Assembly: GCA_963832165.1 (NCBI GenBank)
Contig: CAWHTE010000007.1
Span: 1,002,425-1,066,424 of the forward strand
Reading direction: 5' to 3'
DNA length: 64,000 nucleotides
Source of the DNA: an uncultured delta proteobacterium
GTDB lineage: Bacteria > Myxococcota_A > UBA9160 > SMWR01
This document shows positions 60,501-64,000 of the stretch, piece after piece. The number at the start of each line of letters is the position of its first letter. The stretch's first letter is position 1. Below the pieces are notes generated by a model. The model had not been told where the DNA came from. It did not search any database and worked only from the letters and a program-made list of their open reading frames with translations. The position numbers were made by a program, and so were the translations under genes.

Positions 60501-61261
60501 ATGGGTGAGTTCGCCGGCGTGCGCAGGATCGTCGCCACCCTTCGCGGTCCCGACGGCTGCCCCTGGGACCGCGTGCAGACGCACGACACCCTGCGTCCCT
60601 ATCTGCTCGAGGAGGCCTCCGAGGTCCTGGAAGCGATCGAGTCCGCGGATCCGGCCGCGATGAGCGAGGAGCTCGGCGACCTCCTGTTCCAAGTGCTGAT
60701 CCATGTCCAAATGGCGGAGGAGGCGGGCGCTTTCACGATGAGAGATGTCCTGCGCGGGCTGAGCAAGAAGCTCGTCGACAGACATCCGCACGTATTCGGC
60801 GATGCTATCGCCGAGACGCCAGACGCGGTCGTCGAGCAATGGGACGACCTAAAAGCGCGCGAGCGCGGCAGGGCAGATCGGCGCTGGCGGGAATTCCGGA
60901 GGCGCTGCCCGCACTGGCGAGGTCGCAGGCGATGCAGCGGCGGGCGGCCAGGGCCGGGTTCGCGTGGGAGAACGTCGAGCAGGTGTGGGACAAGCTCGCG
61001 GAGGAGATCGAGGAGCTGCGGGCGGCGGCGACAACGAAGGAGCGGGAGGAGGAGCTTGGTGACGTACTGTTCGTGATGGCGAGCCTGGCTGGATGGATGA
61101 AGATCGATGCCGAAGACGCGCTGCGCTCGACGTGCGGCCGGTTCGGGAAGCGATTCGAACGTGTCGAGAGCCTGGCCGCGGAGCGCGCAGTGGACCTGGG
61201 CGGGGACGACCTCGCCGCAAAACTGGCACTGTGGGAAGAAGCGAAGCCACCGAGCAAATAA
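60501..61261 (+). CDS. mazG: Nucleoside triphosphate pyrophosphohydrolase MazG, frameshift near 60870
   Basis: LR.PDGCPWDR.QT, LLEE..E, EELGDLL, KL..RHPHVFG, LPAL, EE..E...EELGD.LF. Confidence 0.92.
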
Positions 61262-61319
61262 CCGTCCAGGCGGCCGGCCCCTATGGTATTCTCATCCCGC
61301 CATCAGAAGGAGGGCCCCA

Positions 61320-61910
61320 ATGACCCAGCAGAAGGAAAGCGTGGTTACGCCCGAGCGATTCGATTCCGGCCTGACCTACGCCGACTACCTGAGCCGAATT
61401 CAGCGTAACCGCGAGAAGTTCGAATACAACTACGAGCAGACCATCATTCGAGCGACGGCGACGTTAAGGCCCTGAAGGACGCCGCTAAGGCGAGCGGCGC
61501 AACGAAGGTCCTGGCGCTGGGAGAGGACTGGTGCCCGGACGTCTTCCGAGGCCTTCCAGTGATGGCTCGCATCGCGGAGGCCGCGGGAATAGAGCTCCGT
61601 GTCTTCCCTCGTGATGACAACCTCGACATCATGAACGAGTTCCTCAACCATGGCGAGAGCCAGTCGATACCGACGTTCGTCTTCTACACCTCCGATCACC
61701 GTTACATCGCCCACTGGATCGAGCGGCCCGTGAAGGCGAACGCCGAGATGGGCGAGGTGATGAAGCGCTACGAAGGTCTGGACCGATCGAAGCCCGACGA
61801 TGTCGCAAGCTGCGTCAAATCGCCAACGAGTTCCAGACGGCCCGATGTGGGCGAACTGGCGCGAAGAGACGGTCCGGGAGATCCGGGAGCTACTGGAGCA
61901 GAAGGCTTAG
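61320..61910 (+). CDS. Thioredoxin-fold protein (WCPD type), frameshifted
   Basis: AAGGAGG RBS; GEDWCPD, RD.N.DIM..FL..G...SIP.F.F, W.ERP. Confidence 0.8.
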
Positions 61911-61955
61911 AAGGGCGCCCTCGCGGCGCGACCTCCTGGCGCTTAGAAATTCTAA

Positions 61956-61987
61956 GGAGAGGGGCCACCACTACGCGGCCCCTCTCC
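61956..61987. terminator. Hairpin between convergent genes
   Basis: GGAGAGGGGCC-N10-GGCCCCTCTCC, 11-bp stem. Confidence 0.55.
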
Positions 61988-62002
61988 CTTCGCATCTGCT
62001 AA

Positions 62003-62650
62003 TTATTCGGCGTCGGATGCAGGACGACGCCGTGACAGCGGCCGACACGACGACAACTGCGCCGCCCAGCGCAACGAGCAGTCCACAACCAGTCCGCGCC
62101 GCCGTCAGCTGGGGTTCCCCCGGTTGCGGGGCGGCTGCCGGCGCGCGAGTCGGCGTCGCGGTCGCGGCTCCCGTGCCGGTGGGAGCGGTCGTGGGTGAGC
62201 CGGACCCGGCGATGCGCTCGCGTCGGAGGTCGGCGTAGGCGTCTGCTGCGCGGCCGCGACGATCACGCGGCCCTGCATCACATTGCCATGGATGAAACAG
62301 AAGTACTCGTATGTGCCCGCGGTCAGGAAAGACGCGCGAGAAGGTCTGGCCGTTGTTCAGGGTGCCGGAATCGAAGCCACCGCCCAGAGGCAGGTGCGTG
62401 AAAGCGTCGCCGCACTCGGTGACCGTGTGGCGGGTTCGTACCGGTATTAGTCCAGAGGACGCTATCGCCGGCGGTGATGTTGGTATCGCACGTGCCATTG
62501 GCGAAGCTCGCATTGCAGAACCAGTTGTCGCCAATCGCAACGTTGGCTGTCGTTTGGGCTTCGACCGCGGGGTCCCTGATCGATGTAGAGGACTGTGGTT
62601 CCGACAACGGCGATCAGGGCGGCACTTCCTACAAGCAAGATGGATCGCAT
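62003..62650 (-). CDS. Exported plastocyanin/cupredoxin-domain protein with Pro/Thr linker and C-terminal membrane anchor, frameshifted
   Basis: AAGGAGG RBS; signal peptide; I..GD.V.W.N, PHTVT, FDSG.L..GQ.F, Y.YFC.IH...M.G type-1 copper ligands. Confidence 0.8.
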
Positions 62651-63024
62651 GGGTCACCTCCTTATGGCGTAGAACACTACAACCGAACGTTACGACGCCC
62701 GCAGCGCGCGGATTGCTGCTTGCCGGAAAAAGCTCGAGAGGCAGTCCGCCCCAGACTGCCTCTCGAAATATCCTTCCGATTTACCGGAAGGACCAGAAGG
62801 AGGTCGCCCCGTAAATGTCTCTGTAATCGCTGAGTATAACGCCGGCTTCCTCCGGAAGGTTAACTAACTGGTAAAGGGATTGCGCTGATGCTCAGCAGGA
62901 GTTTCGGAGTTAGCCACGAAGCTCCAAACAGTATGATGCTCGGCTTGTCCGGCTTGTTACCGCGCCCGTCGCGGACCTCGCATTTCGTCATTGGGCAGGC
63001 GTTCGCGCTAGAATGCCGGACAGG

Positions 63025-64000
63025 ATGGCTGACAGCCACGAGATATACATCACGTGCCGTATGGGCAGACGGCAAGGTGGTCCGGACCGAAGACCCAGAC
63101 GTCCTTTCCCGCGCGCTCGAGGACAAGAATGGCCTCGTCTGGGTGGACCTGACGATCCAGTCTGACGAAGACGCCTGGGTCCTGCGGGACGTCTTCCACT
63201 TCCACGAATTACGTATTGAGGACTGCGTATCGCAGAGGGTGGACCCAGCGAAGGTCGACGACTACGGCAGCTACCTGTTCATCATCGTGCAGGCGGTAAC
63301 CGACTATCGGTTCGGCGAAGAGATGGAGCCGGTGGAAGTCGACTTCTACCTCGGCCAAAACTACGTCGTGTCGTGCCGGCGGGAGCCGGTGCCGGCAATC
63401 GACCGGTGCCGCGAGCGCTGCGCCCGGGACGAATCGCTCCTGTCGCAGCCGCCCGACCGCCTACTGCACGGCCTGCTTGATGCCATCGTCGACGAATATC
63501 TCCCCATCGTCGAAAGGTGGACGACGACATCGACAGCGTGGAGAGTCTGATCCTGCGTAAGGCGGACACTTCACTGTTGCGGCACATCCTGACCGTGAAG
63601 CGAAATGCTCTGCGTCTCAGGCGGGCGACCATTCCCCAGCGCGACATCATGAACCGCCTGTCCCGCAACGAGTTTCCCCGGCTCATCCGACCCGAGATGT
63701 CTATGTATTTCCGCGACGTGTACGACCACCTCGTGCGTATCGAGTACCTCGTAGAGGCGCTGCGCGACATCGCGGACGGCGCGCTGAATACATACCTCTC
63801 GGTGGTGTCAAACCGCTTGAACGAAGTGATGAAGGTTCTCACGCGCGGCGGCCACGGTATTCTTGCCGCTGACGTGATCTCTGGGATCTGCGGCATGAAT
63901 TGAAGCGGACCAGTTCCCGGGCGTCGACGCCTCGAGGTCGAGGAGCTTCGCCGCAGTTGTCGCTTTCATGATCACGATCGCCGTCAGCCTGCTCGCATTC
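63025..64000 (+). CDS. corA: Magnesium transporter CorA family, frameshifted; runs off the window end
   Basis: WVDL, F.FH.L.IEDC, KVDDY..YLF, LLD.IVD.Y, YFRDVYDHL, YLS.VSNRLNEVMKVLT, G..GMN; start approximate. Confidence 0.9.

Noticed and set aside
62655..63020. Long, less GC-rich intergenic region before corA as a Mg2+ riboswitch or ncRNA
   Set aside because: I could not recognise M-box consensus features or a convincing terminator; an Rfam scan would be needed

Overview
The window holds two unrelated segments. Segment 1 (1 to ~56,475) is very GC-rich, gene-dense bacterial chromosome, most consistent with a Myxococcota-like 'deltaproteobacterium' (inferred from gene content). It carries arginine succinyltransferase genes, rfbA/rfbC, a complete archaeal-type topoisomerase VI (top6B-top6A), comM, folC, mutS2, murQ, a TetR-linked catabolic cluster, a phasin-like gene, fabH, hflX, glmU-glmS, ppnP and uvrD/pcrA. 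Segment 2 (~56,476 to 64,000) begins abruptly inside a methyltransferase gene with the 3' half of dnaG, followed by a Chloroflexota-style rpoD, mazG and corA. It looks less GC-rich and is full of indels, so the join is probably a contig concatenation or chimera. The best candidate for an undescribed system is 4,963-9,493: fur, a sigma70 promoter with a palindromic Fur-box-like operator, a phage-Mu Com-like zinc finger, a porin, an FMN-binding protein, a His-rich membrane protein, and ApbE running in frame into a LysW-like zinc ribbon. I infer an iron-regulated, flavinylation-based extracytosolic electron-transfer or iron-uptake module. Second is an unannotated sigma54-driven ~85-nt small RNA with a GNRA-capped terminator and an anti-Shine-Dalgarno bulge (24,022-24,129). 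No rRNA, tRNA, CRISPR array or transposase was recognised. All family calls come from motif recognition by eye; no database searches were run.
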